A DNA stretch of 64,000 nucleotides, from assembly GCF_050920415.1 (NCBI RefSeq), contig NZ_CP169309.1; one strand, written 5' to 3'. This stretch comes from Escherichia coli (GTDB lineage Bacteria; Pseudomonadota; Gammaproteobacteria; Enterobacterales; Enterobacteriaceae). How positions within the stretch are numbered: position 1 is the first letter of the stretch; each line of letters starts with the position of its first letter. Positions 44,851 to 56,298 of this stretch are shown here, piece by piece. The position numbers and the translations under genes were made by a program. The notes below the pieces were generated by a model. The model did no database searches. It was not told the origin of the DNA and saw nothing but the letters and a program-made list of their open reading frames with translations.

Positions 44851-46281
44851 TTATTTGCTATTCGCTTTACGCGCCAGCAGCGGGAATATCAGCCCTAATC
44901 CCACCAGCACAAACGGCGTTGCAACATTCAGCGCCAACTGGAATGTCCACTCTGCGGTGAAGGCTTCCATTTTCGGGAAAATACCCGTCAGGCAGGCAAA
45001 AGCGGTAAAGGCAAAACACCAAATTCCGACGGTCATTGCCAGCGGCTTATTACGAATAAAGACATATTCCGGCTTATATTTCTGCGCCAGGCGAACAACT
45101 GCAATAAATGCAACAAATACCCATAAATAACGCAGCGGCATCACTACCGAGTTAAGGTTCAACAGCCATTTATAGAGATTGTTCATATCACCGATGCCGA
45201 GAGTCGGCAGCATAATCAGGATCGCCACCAGCACCAGGGTCAGAAAATAGCCATTAACGGGCGTACCAGATGCGTTGGTACGACATAAACTGGCAGGAAT
45301 ATATTTGCTGTCAGCATCGCCTAATAATACTTTAAGCGGCGCATCAATCGAGAATACCAGCGCAGCTACTTGACCCAGAGTATTCGCAATGGCGTAAATC
45401 ACCATTAAAGTATTACCCATGCTGTAATACTCGCCCAGCTTCTGGAAGGCGTAATACTGGCCGTTGGTCATTAAGTCATCGGGAATATTGCGGGAGTCAA
45501 ACATCATCCCCATTGCAAGCGATCCAAGGATCGCGCACACCGCAACCATCACCGCCAGGCATAACATCCCTTTTGGAAATTCTTTTCCTGGGTTGCGCGT
45601 TTGATTAACGTAGGGAGAAATCTTCTCTGCTCCACCAACCGCAAAGACCAGCATTGAAATAGTGGTAATGTAGGTAAAGTCGATATGAGGAATAAACGTT
45701 TCCCAGGTAATGTTTGTGGTCGCAATATGCACTTCAGTAATCGCAGGCGCGGTTACCGCCATCGCCACATACAGGAGCGACATAACAAACATCGCAATCC
45801 CTGCCACAGAACCGACGATTTTCAGCGATTTCATACCGCGTGAAGCAACCCACATAAAGAAGACAAACAGCACCAGCGTTAACCCCTGTAACGCTACGAC
45901 GGAATATTCTTTGATTAGCGAACCGTCGCCTTTCATCGCCCAACCGAGCGCAATCAGTATTGCCTGGGGTTTTTGTGCCAGATAGGGAATATGCACTACC
46001 CAGTAGGTCCACGCGGCGAGGTAAGCCAGTCCGGGTCCCATCGTGTGTTTAATCCAGGTACTGACCCCGCCCTTCCCATCTTTGAAGGTCGAGCCTAACT
46101 GACCAACAATTAGCGCATAAGGTGTGAAATAGAGCGCAAAGATAAACACCCATGAAAAAACAACCACCAGCCCCTGGTTGGCGTAGTTATTAACAACGTT
46201 GCCAAAACCCCAGACAGTGATAAAAGACATCAGCGCAATGTTGTACCATCGCAGCTGTTTTTCCTGAACATTCCCAGCCAT
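44851..46281 (-). CDS. ycaM: APC-superfamily putative amino acid / polyamine transporter YcaM
   Basis: ORF track 44851..46473; start chosen at the ATG at 46281 (MAGNVQEKQLRWYNIALMSF), giving 476 aa; about 12 TM segments. Confidence 0.82.
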   Translation of the reverse strand: MAGNVQEKQLRWYNIALMSFITVWGFGNVVNNYANQGLVVVFSWVFIFALYFTPYALIVGQLGSTFKDGKGGVSTWIKHTMGPGLAYLAAWTYWVVHIPYLAQKPQAILIALGWAMKGDGSLIKEYSVVALQGLTLVLFVFFMWVASRGMKSLKIVGSVAGIAMFVMSLLYVAMAVTAPAITEVHIATTNITWETFIPHIDFTYITTISMLVFAVGGAEKISPYVNQTRNPGKEFPKGMLCLAVMVAVCAILGSLAMGMMFDSRNIPDDLMTNGQYYAFQKLGEYYSMGNTLMVIYAIANTLGQVAALVFSIDAPLKVLLGDADSKYIPASLCRTNASGTPVNGYFLTLVLVAILIMLPTLGIGDMNNLYKWLLNLNSVVMPLRYLWVFVAFIAVVRLAQKYKPEYVFIRNKPLAMTVGIWCFAFTAFACLTGIFPKMEAFTAEWTFQLALNVATPFVLVGLGLIFPLLARKANSK

Positions 46282-46490
46282 AGACAAATCCTTCGCCAAA
46301 ATTAAAGGGGCATCTGTAAAACGAGGGATTATGCGCGGCAAATAAGAAGTGCGGAAATAGCGAAATGCAAAATTATAACCTGCTGCACATTTTATTTTGA
46401 AACGAATAAAATTTTGAAAAAAGCAAGTCAGAGAGAAGAAACAAAAAAGCAGAGTGTGAAACAGTAAGTTCACACTCTGCGTTAATTCAT

Positions 46491-47639
46491 TTACACGTGA
46501 GCAACGGGTTTCGGCGTATGACCGGCGTTGCGAAGCAGCATCAGCAAATAGATAAATGATACGCTGGCGATCATGATAAACAATAAATTATCGGAGAAAT
46601 TCTGCATTAGCATGGCAGTAAATGACGGACCAAGCAGGCTTCCCACAGTATAGCTCAACAGTAAGGCCTGGTTCATCGCCACCAGTTGATGATGTTCAAC
46701 TTTCTCGCAAGCCCATGCCATCGCCACCGGATATAGCGTAAAGCCAGCGGCACCGAGGATGAATAAAGCCGGGGCCATCGCCGCCTGGCTAAGCATCGCG
46801 ATACTGCCGAGAATGACGACAAAGACCTGAACACGCAACACCAGCAGTCGACCAAACTTATCCGCCAGACGTCCAATCGGCCATTGTCCAAGGATACCCG
46901 CACTGACCAGGACCGCCATCCAGAAACCAATGCTGGCATTGCTCACCCCTTTGTGATTGAGGTACAGCGGCATCAGGCCATATAGAGATCCCAGAACGAT
47001 TCCTGAGATAATGCAGCCATTCACGCCAAGCCGCGCCTGACGGAGTTTTAGCATTGACGTAATTGACGTCGAATCATGGTTTTCAGCCTGCTGATTCAGC
47101 ACACGCGTAAACAACAGCGGTAAGATCCCTGCCAACGTCAAACCTGTAACCCACGGCAATACGGACATCAGCTCGGTTGAAACTTTGCTGACCAGTAACT
47201 GGCCTAAAAACGTTCCCACGTAATAAACCATCATATACGCAGCAAGCAAACGACCACGGTTACGTGACGTCCCACTGCACATCAGCGCGCTCTCAACGAC
47301 CACCCAAATCATGGCACAGCCGACACCCGCTACAAAACGCCACGCCAACCAGCTCCAGAAACCAATCATCAGGCCAAGACCTGCACAGCCAGCGGCAAAA
47401 ATGAAGGAGGCCAGATAATAGCTGCGGTTAAAGCCAATGCGCTTAATGACATACCCTGTCAGCAATGTACCGACCAGGTTGCCGGTAAAATAGGATGAGC
47501 TGACAACGCCTACCTGCCATGTGGACATATGTTCCTGGGCGAGCCAAAGCGGCACGAGCGTATTTAACACTGCGATCGCCAAAGTCAACAAAAGCAGGCC
47601 AGACAGCAAAAGCATGACAGGCCGGGTATACGTGGACAT
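46491..47639 (-). CDS. ycaD: Major facilitator superfamily transporter YcaD
   Basis: 382-aa ORF, polytopic membrane protein with MFS-like organisation. Confidence 0.85.
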   Translation of the reverse strand: MSTYTRPVMLLLSGLLLLTLAIAVLNTLVPLWLAQEHMSTWQVGVVSSSYFTGNLVGTLLTGYVIKRIGFNRSYYLASFIFAAGCAGLGLMIGFWSWLAWRFVAGVGCAMIWVVVESALMCSGTSRNRGRLLAAYMMVYYVGTFLGQLLVSKVSTELMSVLPWVTGLTLAGILPLLFTRVLNQQAENHDSTSITSMLKLRQARLGVNGCIISGIVLGSLYGLMPLYLNHKGVSNASIGFWMAVLVSAGILGQWPIGRLADKFGRLLVLRVQVFVVILGSIAMLSQAAMAPALFILGAAGFTLYPVAMAWACEKVEHHQLVAMNQALLLSYTVGSLLGPSFTAMLMQNFSDNLLFIMIASVSFIYLLMLLRNAGHTPKPVAHV

Positions 47640-47953
47640 GAATTAAAACCGTGAGGAAGTTCAAATTTCATGCGCATCATGCCACCGCCAAAAACATTGT
47701 CAATGGGTGAAAATACGCGCATATCGCAGCTGAGGTATTATCGATTTATATTACTCATTCATAACGCTAATGCTGGAGAGACGATTAATCTCATCTGATT
47801 GTTTTTATTGATCTAACACAAATTTCATACGCTTCGTTCAGTCGAAAAATTTCATGGTCACAGCAAACTCATATTTCCCGTCTATGCTTTCAGAGCAATG
47901 CATCGCGTCTGACCGATTTCAGACGTACCGCTGACTCTCGAAAGGAGAAGAGG

Positions 47954-48580
47954 ATGACCAAACCGTATGTTCGTCTCGATAAAAATGATGCTGCCGTTTT
48001 GCTTGTTGATCACCAGGCTGGTTTACTTTCCCTTGTACGGGATATCGAACCCGATAAGTTTAAAAATAACGTGCTGGCGCTGGGTGATCTGGCTAAGTAT
48101 TTCAACTTATCTACTATTCTTACCACCAGTTTTGAAACCGGTCCTAACGGCCCATTAGTTCCAGAACTGAAAGCACAGTTCCCCGATGCACCTTACATTG
48201 CTCGCCCGGGAAATATTAACGCCTGGGATAACGAAGATTTTGTGAAAGCGGTAAAAGCGACAGGTAAAAAACAATTGATTATCGCTGGTGTGGTAACCGA
48301 AGTTTGCGTTGCGTTCCCGGCACTTTCGGCAATTGAAGAAGGGTTTGATGTCTTTGTCGTGACTGACGCGTCAGGGACCTTTAATGAAATTACCCGGCAT
48401 TCGGCGTGGGATCGAATGTCGCAAGCGGGTGCGCAATTGATGACATGGTTCGGCGTGGCGTGCGAGCTGCATCGCGACTGGCGTAATGATATTGAAGGAC
48501 TGGCGACGTTGTTCTCTAACCATATTCCTGATTATCGTAATTTGATGACCAGTTATGACACGTTAACGAAGCAGAAATAA
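47954..48580 (+). CDS. ycaC: Isochorismatase-family cysteine hydrolase YcaC
   Basis: 208-aa ORF; VLLVDHQAG near the N-terminus and a conserved Cys (VTEVCVAFP) typical of the isochorismatase-like family. Confidence 0.88.
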   Translation: MTKPYVRLDKNDAAVLLVDHQAGLLSLVRDIEPDKFKNNVLALGDLAKYFNLSTILTTSFETGPNGPLVPELKAQFPDAPYIARPGNINAWDNEDFVKAVKATGKKQLIIAGVVTEVCVAFPALSAIEEGFDVFVVTDASGTFNEITRHSAWDRMSQAGAQLMTWFGVACELHRDWRNDIEGLATLFSNHIPDYRNLMTSYDTLTKQK

Positions 48581-48615
48581 AAGAGAACCGGGGCCGAAAC
48601 CCCGGTTGTTACTCA

Positions 48616-49479
48616 TTAACTTGCGACGGCCATCCCCACGGTCATATGCAAACCATAGAATACGCCACGACCGATTAATTCCCCTGCCAGAAGCAGAATG
48701 AATGATACAGAAAGTAGCGGAACTGCAGGCTGATAACCTTTTAGCTGTGGGGCAATCCACAAGCACAGGGCAACAGCCAAAAGTACGATACGCCAGGACA
48801 TCAGCGCACCATAGTCCGGCACCAGCGCTGCAGCCTGCTGCACAGAGCTATGAATAGTCGCCAGCTCTGCGCCCTGCATCACTGACACCACGCCACTCAC
48901 TACCAGGGCCAGTACAGAAATAGCTGGCAGCAGACGCATCGCCCAGCCATCGACGCCAGCCAGACTCAGTAACAGGTAACCCAGTAACGGGCCGCCCATG
49001 AACATCGTCAGGAAGAAGCCCATCGGTGTCCAGATGCTGTACCAGGTGGGTACGGTATCGATGCTGTTATAAACGCGCACCATCATCCAGACAAAGACTA
49101 CGCCAAGAACCATCGTCACCACCAGCCACAGCGTACGCAGTGCTGGCGACAGCTTTTTCAGTATTGCCAGCACCCAACCGATGCCACCAACGGCAAAAAA
49201 GATCGAACCGCTGGCGATTTCGTTACTGAGTGCTGAAGCCCCTACCCGGTTGAGCGAGTTAAAAGCGCGCATCGGCGAACCAAGATGGAGCATAGAGGCG
49301 ATAAAGCCAATACCCATCAGCACCCATAAGCCAAACATACAGGCAATAACACGCTGCTGGGCTTCTGCTCGCAGGTCGCCTTTGAGCAGCGCCAAAGCCA
49401 GAACGATAAAACCACCTGCTACACATTGCCCGAAGACCGTGAAGATCATCAGCGGCCATTCATGCCATCCACTTCCCAT
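48616..49479 (-). CDS. dmsC: DMSO reductase membrane anchor subunit
   Basis: ORF track 48616..49542; start chosen at the ATG at 49479 (MGSGWHEWPLMIFTV), giving 287 aa; 8-TM type hydrophobic protein. Confidence 0.9.
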   Translation of the reverse strand: MGSGWHEWPLMIFTVFGQCVAGGFIVLALALLKGDLRAEAQQRVIACMFGLWVLMGIGFIASMLHLGSPMRAFNSLNRVGASALSNEIASGSIFFAVGGIGWVLAILKKLSPALRTLWLVVTMVLGVVFVWMMVRVYNSIDTVPTWYSIWTPMGFFLTMFMGGPLLGYLLLSLAGVDGWAMRLLPAISVLALVVSGVVSVMQGAELATIHSSVQQAAALVPDYGALMSWRIVLLAVALCLWIAPQLKGYQPAVPLLSVSFILLLAGELIGRGVFYGLHMTVGMAVAS

Positions 49480-49480
49480 C

Positions 49481-50098
49481 TCACACCTCCTTCGGGTTTG
49501 CCAGATAGCCAGTGGTATCCCCGGTCGGGCGGCTGTTGGCATTGGGTTTGATCACAATATTCGGTTTGGTAAAGTGAGCTCGCGGCAACGGCGCAACAGC
49601 CGCCAAATCGCCATGTTTTTTACGCAGCTCGTCGATAGGGCCGAAATCCAGCGCCCGCAGCGGGCAGGATTCTACGCAGATCGGTTTTTTCCCCTCCGCA
49701 ACACGGTCATAACAACCATCGCATTTGGTCATATGGCCTTTCGTTTCGTTATATTGCGGTGCGCCGTACGGGCAAGCCATATGGCAGTAACGGCAGCCAA
49801 TGCATACATCTTCATCGACCACAACAAAACCATCTTCACGTTTATGCATCGCACCGCTCGGGCAGACTTTAGTACAAGCCGGATCTTCGCAGTGGTTACA
49901 TGAAATCGACAGATAGTAGGCAAACACGTTCTGATGCCAGACACCGTTATCTTCCTGCCAGTCACCGCCAGCATATTCATAAATGCGGCGGAAGCTGACT
50001 TCCGGCGTCAGATCTTTATAGTCTTTACAGGCCAGCTCGCAGGTTTTGCAACCGGTGCAACGGCTGGAATCAATAAAAAATCCATACTGGGTTGTCAT
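49481..50098 (-). CDS. dmsB: DMSO reductase iron-sulfur subunit (4x [4Fe-4S] ferredoxin)
   Basis: 205-aa ORF with four Cys clusters (e.g. CTGCKTCELAC, CNHCEDPACTKVCP, CIGCRYCHMACP). Confidence 0.96.
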   Translation of the reverse strand: MTTQYGFFIDSSRCTGCKTCELACKDYKDLTPEVSFRRIYEYAGGDWQEDNGVWHQNVFAYYLSISCNHCEDPACTKVCPSGAMHKREDGFVVVDEDVCIGCRYCHMACPYGAPQYNETKGHMTKCDGCYDRVAEGKKPICVESCPLRALDFGPIDELRKKHGDLAAVAPLPRAHFTKPNIVIKPNANSRPTGDTTGYLANPKEV

Positions 50099-50108
50099 CG
50101 GTTACTCC

Positions 50109-52553
50109 TTACACCTTTTCAACCTGAACCAGGTTTGTATGTGACGGATTCCCCTTAGCGAGAGGAGACGGACGTTGAGTGGTCAGTACGTTAATACAAC
50201 CGCCCTTATCGACACGTTTTGCATCCGGGTCATACCAGGCACCTTCACCCAGTGCGACCACACCCGGCATCATTCGTGGCGTCACTTTTGCCTCAATGTG
50301 AACCTCACCACGGTCGTTAAAGATCCTGACCTTATCGCCGTTGTTGATACCGCGTTTTTGTGCATCAAGCGGGTTGATCCACATTTCCTGACGGCAAGCT
50401 GCTTTCAGCACATCAACGTTGCCGTAAGTTGAGTGAACGCGAGATTTGTAGTGGAAGCCAGTAAGCTGCAGCGGATATTGTTTGTTCAGCGGATCCTGAT
50501 AACTTTCAAAGCCCGGCGTGTAGATCGGCAGTGGATCGATCACGTCGCCTTCTGGCAATTCCCAGGTCGCGGCAATGTCAGCAAGCGCCTGCGAATAAAT
50601 CTCAATTTTACCCGATGGCGTGGTCAGTGGATTTGCCTGCGGATCTTCACGGAAGGCTTTATAAGCAACGTGATGCCCTTGTGGGTCGCGCTTTTTAAAG
50701 ATCCCCTGCTTGCGGAACTCTTCAAACGTTGGCAGTTCAGGAATCGCTTCCCGCGACTGGGCATACAGATGCCGCATCCACTCTTCCTGGGTACGGCCTT
50801 CGGTGAACTGCTGCTCGACGCCAAGACGTTTTGCCAGTTCACTGGTCATCTCATAGATGGTCTTACATTCAAAGCGCGGTTTAATCACCTGGTCGTTGAA
50901 AATCACATAAGACATATTCCCGCAGGATGCATCCAGCGCAAAGTCCATCTGTTCGGAAGCAGTGCAGTCAGGCAGCAGGATGTCAGCATATTTCGCCGAT
51001 GAGGTCATGTGGCAGTCGATAACCACAATCAGCTCGCACTTCTTATCATCCTGGAGGATTTCATGAGTACGGTTGATTTCAGAATGCTGGTTAATCAGGC
51101 AGTTACCGGCATAGTTCCAGATCATTTTGATCGGCACATCAAGCTTATCTTTCCCGCGCACCCCATCACGCAGCGCTGTCATTTCCGGGCCACGTTCAAT
51201 GGCATCGGTCCACATAAACATCGAAATGCTGGTCTGGATCGGGTTTTCGAGGGTCGGCATACGGACAAAAGGTAAGCTGTATGAACCTTCACGCGCGCCG
51301 CTGTTGCCCCCGTTAATACCAACGTTACCGGTCAGAATCGCCAGCATTGAGATAGCACGGGTTGCGATTTCACCGTTAGCGTGACGCTGCGGCCCCCATC
51401 CCTGACTGATAAACGCGGGTTTAGTACTGCCGATCTCACGTGCCAGTTTGACGATTTTGTCTGCCGGAACACCGGTAATTTGCGAGGCCCATTCCGGTGT
51501 TTTGGCCACGCCATCTGGCCCTTCCCCCAGAATATAAGCTTTATAGTGACCATTTTTCGGTGCACTGGCTGGCAGGGTTTTCTCGTCGTAGCCAACGCAA
51601 TATTTATCGAGGAATTCCTGATCAACCAGATTTTCGCTGATCATGACGTACGCCAGACCATTAACCAGTGCGGCATCTGTTCCCGGACGAATGGGGATCC
51701 ACTCATCTTCACGCCCTGCACCGGTGTCGGTATAGCGCGGATCGATAATGATCATACGAGCGTTGGATTTCTGACGAGCCTGCTCAAGGTAATAAGTCAC
51801 CCCACCACCGCTCATTCGCGTTTCGCCAGGGTTATTACCAAACAGTACCACCAGCTTACTGTTTTCAATATCTGACGGGCTATTACCATCCGCCCAGCCG
51901 CCGTAGGTATAGTTCAAACCTTCCGCAATTTGCGCGGAAGAGTAGTCACCGTAATGGTTCAGATAACCGCCGCAGCAGTTCATCAGGCGAGCGACCAGGG
52001 TATTTCCCGGCGGCCAGGAGCGGGTCATGGTGCCGCCCAGCGTACCGGTACCATAGTTCAGATAGATAGACTCGTTGCCGTACTCTTTGATCAGACGCTG
52101 CATGTTCGTGGCGATAATGTCGTAGGCTTCTTCCCAGCTAATGCGCTCGAATTTGCCTTCGCCGCGCGCCCCAACTCGTTTCATCGGATATTTCAGGCGG
52201 TCAGGGTTATAAACGCGGCGACGCATGGAACGCCCACGCAGGCAGGCGCGTACCTGGTGCAGCCCGTCGTAATTATCATCGCCGGTATTGTCTGTTTCGA
52301 CATATTTGATTTCACCGTCCACTACGTGCATACGTAGCGGGCAGCGGCTACCACAGTTAACTGTACAGGCGCTCCAGATAACCTTTTCGTCTGACTTTGC
52401 CGGAAGGGCACTATCAACAGCGTGCGCAATCCGACTAAAAGGTAAGGTTAATGCGCTGCTGGCCATTGCCAGGCCGCCGATCGCTGTCGTTTTTACCAAA
52501 CCACGGCGACTCACCTCAGCAGCCAATACCGCATCAGGGATTTTCGTTTTCAT
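50109..52553 (-). CDS. dmsA: DMSO reductase catalytic subunit (molybdopterin guanine dinucleotide enzyme), Tat-exported
   Basis: 814-aa ORF; twin-arginine signal (SRRGLVKTTAIGGLAMASSALTLPFSRIAHA); N-terminal Cys cluster CTVNCGSRCPLR. Confidence 0.95.
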   Translation of the reverse strand: MKTKIPDAVLAAEVSRRGLVKTTAIGGLAMASSALTLPFSRIAHAVDSALPAKSDEKVIWSACTVNCGSRCPLRMHVVDGEIKYVETDNTGDDNYDGLHQVRACLRGRSMRRRVYNPDRLKYPMKRVGARGEGKFERISWEEAYDIIATNMQRLIKEYGNESIYLNYGTGTLGGTMTRSWPPGNTLVARLMNCCGGYLNHYGDYSSAQIAEGLNYTYGGWADGNSPSDIENSKLVVLFGNNPGETRMSGGGVTYYLEQARQKSNARMIIIDPRYTDTGAGREDEWIPIRPGTDAALVNGLAYVMISENLVDQEFLDKYCVGYDEKTLPASAPKNGHYKAYILGEGPDGVAKTPEWASQITGVPADKIVKLAREIGSTKPAFISQGWGPQRHANGEIATRAISMLAILTGNVGINGGNSGAREGSYSLPFVRMPTLENPIQTSISMFMWTDAIERGPEMTALRDGVRGKDKLDVPIKMIWNYAGNCLINQHSEINRTHEILQDDKKCELIVVIDCHMTSSAKYADILLPDCTASEQMDFALDASCGNMSYVIFNDQVIKPRFECKTIYEMTSELAKRLGVEQQFTEGRTQEEWMRHLYAQSREAIPELPTFEEFRKQGIFKKRDPQGHHVAYKAFREDPQANPLTTPSGKIEIYSQALADIAATWELPEGDVIDPLPIYTPGFESYQDPLNKQYPLQLTGFHYKSRVHSTYGNVDVLKAACRQEMWINPLDAQKRGINNGDKVRIFNDRGEVHIEAKVTPRMMPGVVALGEGAWYDPDAKRVDKGGCINVLTTQRPSPLAKGNPSHTNLVQVEKV

Positions 52554-52723
52554 AATGGCTCACTCAAGCTTGCTCACGATTGATTCCAGTAACAAACCGT
52601 ATTGTGTAATTATTTCTATAGCAGGTCGCTATATAGGTTTGTATACATCGAATGATTTGAAAATCAAAGAGATAGGCAGATTTTCACTCGAAAGTAGTAT
52701 TACGTGTAAGTGAGGAGTAATTA

Positions 52724-52737
52724 TTGTTCGGTATCAA
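52724..52737 (-). promoter_or_regulatory. Candidate FNR box of the dmsABC promoter (minus-strand TTGATaccgAACAA)
   Basis: Seen directly: TTGTTcggtATCAA on the plus strand, a near-consensus FNR site (TTGAT-N4-ATCAA) in the serS-dmsA intergenic region; the dms operon is known to be FNR-dependent. The distance to the dmsA ATG (~170 bp) implies a long leader. Confidence 0.45.
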
Positions 52738-52745
52738 AGGGAGAC

Positions 52746-52771
52746 AAAAAAAGCGCCCGAAGGCGCTTTTT
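52746..52771 (-). terminator. Candidate rho-independent terminator downstream of serS (symmetric, possibly bidirectional)
   Basis: Seen directly: AAAAAAAGCGCCCGAAGGCGCTTTTTAG, a GC stem flanked by A- and T-runs, just after the serS stop. Confidence 0.7.
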
Positions 52772-52791
52772 AGATTCAGAAAAATTGGGTA

Positions 52792-54105
<1,314 letters not shown>

Positions 54106-54174
54106 TTAAATGGGAGATGTGGCCACAGCCTGCGACCACAGGGATACAGTAACAACATTACCGCAACGATAACA

Positions 54175-55518
54175 TTAACGGTAGCGTTTTATGGGGCTAT
54201 TTTGATCCTGTTCAGCCAGCCAGGCGAGCTTTTCGCCAATCTTGCCTTCAAGGCCCCTGTTTGTCGGGAAATAATAGCGTGTTTGTGCTATTTCCGGCGG
54301 GAAGTAAACCTCACCGGCAGCATAAGCGTTTGCTTCATCATGAGCATAACGATATTCCTGACTGTAGCCCATTTCCTTCATTAATTTTGTCGGCGCATTA
54401 CGCAAATGAACCGGCACGTCATAATCCGGACGTTCGCGAGCATCGGCCAGCGCGGCTTTAAATGCGGTATAGACAGCGTTACTTTTTGGCGCGCAGGCCA
54501 GGTAAACAATCGCCTGAGCAATGGCACGTTCACCTTCAGCCGGACCAACTCGAGTAAAGCAATCCCAGGCCGCAATAGCCACCTGCATCGCCCGTGGGTC
54601 AGCATTACCCACATCTTCAGACGCAATCGCCAGGCAGCGACGCGCGACATATAACGGATCTCCACCGGCGGTAATAATTCGCGCATACCAGTACAGCGCC
54701 GCATCGGGTGCGCTCCCACGCACCGATTTATGCAGTGCAGAGATCAGATCGTAAAAGCGATCGCCTTTGTTATCAAAGCGGGCGCTACGCTCACCGGCGA
54801 TTTCGGTCAGTAATTCAGGCTTCAGGACCCGCTTACCGCTATCATCGACTTCGGCCATATCCGCCATCATTTCCAGCGTATTTAACGCCCGGCGCGCGTC
54901 GCCATTCACCAGTTCAGCAATGGCGCGTCGTGTTTCATCTGGCAGAACAATATCCTGACCACCATAGCCACGGGTTTTGTCTTCCATCGCCTGAGTCAGT
55001 ACTTGCTCAATATCCTCTGTACTGAGGGATTTCAGCAGATAGACACGGGCACGGGAAAGCAGCGCCGAATTAAGCTCAAACGACGGGTTTTCAGTCGTCG
55101 CACCAATAAAAGTGATGGTGCCGTCTTCAATATGTGGCAGAAATGCATCCTGCTGGCTTTTGTTGAAACGGTGAACTTCGTCAACAAAAAGAATAGTGCG
55201 GCGACCAGCATTGCGGTTTTGCCGAGCGCGCTCGATCGCCTCGCGAATCTCTTTCACGCCAGAGGTGACGGCAGAAATACGTTCCACATCAGCGTTCGCA
55301 TAACGGGCTATAACTTCAGCGAGGGTTGTTTTGCCGGTACCCGGTGGCCCCCAGAGGATCATAGAATGCAAATGCCCAGCTTCGATAGCGCGCGGCAATG
55401 GCTTCCCGGCAGCCAGCAAATGTTGCTGGCCGATATACTGTGCTAAATTTTCTGGCCGCATACGCGCGGCCAGAGGTTGAAAAGTATTATCCGAAAAATC
55501 GAGCGACAGATTGCTCAC
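54175..55518 (-). CDS. rarA: Replication-associated recombination protein A (AAA+ ATPase, MgsA/RarA)
   Basis: 447-aa ORF; Walker [10 protein letters not shown] and Walker [10 protein letters not shown] visible. Confidence 0.95.
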   Translation of the reverse strand: MSNLSLDFSDNTFQPLAARMRPENLAQYIGQQHLLAAGKPLPRAIEAGHLHSMILWGPPGTGKTTLAEVIARYANADVERISAVTSGVKEIREAIERARQNRNAGRRTILFVDEVHRFNKSQQDAFLPHIEDGTITFIGATTENPSFELNSALLSRARVYLLKSLSTEDIEQVLTQAMEDKTRGYGGQDIVLPDETRRAIAELVNGDARRALNTLEMMADMAEVDDSGKRVLKPELLTEIAGERSARFDNKGDRFYDLISALHKSVRGSAPDAALYWYARIITAGGDPLYVARRCLAIASEDVGNADPRAMQVAIAAWDCFTRVGPAEGERAIAQAIVYLACAPKSNAVYTAFKAALADARERPDYDVPVHLRNAPTKLMKEMGYSQEYRYAHDEANAYAAGEVYFPPEIAQTRYYFPTNRGLEGKIGEKLAWLAEQDQNSPIKRYR

Positions 55519-55528
55519 TCAGGTGCCT

Positions 55529-56140
55529 CTACTTACGTTGATCATCTACCGTGACGCCTTGCGGCGGGGTGAAGGTAAATTTCGCTGCATCCACAGCCCC
55601 ATTTTGCTGGGATTTCAGCTGATAACTGCTGCGCTGATCGTCCTGCTCCACCGCGCTAAACTGATGGATTGTGCCATCACGCCCTACGTTAATGGTGAAC
55701 TGCTTCAAATTGCCATTGCTGGCTTTCGGCGTCAGGACAAAGTCATCGCCATTCTGTTTGATATTGTACTGCTGCCAGTCGCTGGACTGGTTGCGGGCAA
55801 TCAGCATAAACGGCGTATTACCGGTGGCATCTTTCAGCCAGGTTGCCGTAGCTTGCTCAACGAACGGGTTATAGAACCACAGTGTTTTACCGTCAGAAAC
55901 CAGAATGCTTTCATCAGGTTGAGTCATATGCCAGTTGAATAAGTTTGGACGTTTCACCCACAGATCGCCCTGACCTTCCTGCACCGCAGCGCCGCTACCG
56001 TCAGTCACTTTTTGTGTGAAGCTGGCGTGGAAGCTGCTGACTTTATCCAGACGGCTTTTCAGATCGCTTGCGGCATCAGCCCAAACACTGGACGCCACTA
56101 AACTTGAGAGTAATGCACAGGTGATGGCAATTTTTTTCAT
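55529..56140 (-). CDS. lolA: Outer-membrane lipoprotein carrier protein LolA
   Basis: ORF track 55529..56143 (MMKK...); second Met chosen, giving 203 aa with signal peptide [21 protein letters not shown]. Confidence 0.93.
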
Positions 56141-56252
56141 CATTGTTCCTCAAATTACGTCACTCCCGATCGGGAGTTCCCTCTACTCTCTATTCCAGGC
56201 TAATAATCAGCTTGAGGAAAGAAGAAAATACTGAATTTTCAGTTGATAGAGT

Positions 56253-56287
56253 GCCGGATGCAACGCTACCTCGCCTTATCCGGCCTA
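56253..56287. repeat. REP-like palindromic element in the ftsK-lolA intergenic region
   Basis: Seen directly: GCCGGATGCAACGCTACCTCGCCTTATCCGGCCTAC resembles the REP consensus (GCCGGATG...CTTATCCGGCCTAC). Confidence 0.65.
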
Positions 56288-56298
56288 CGATGCATTAA

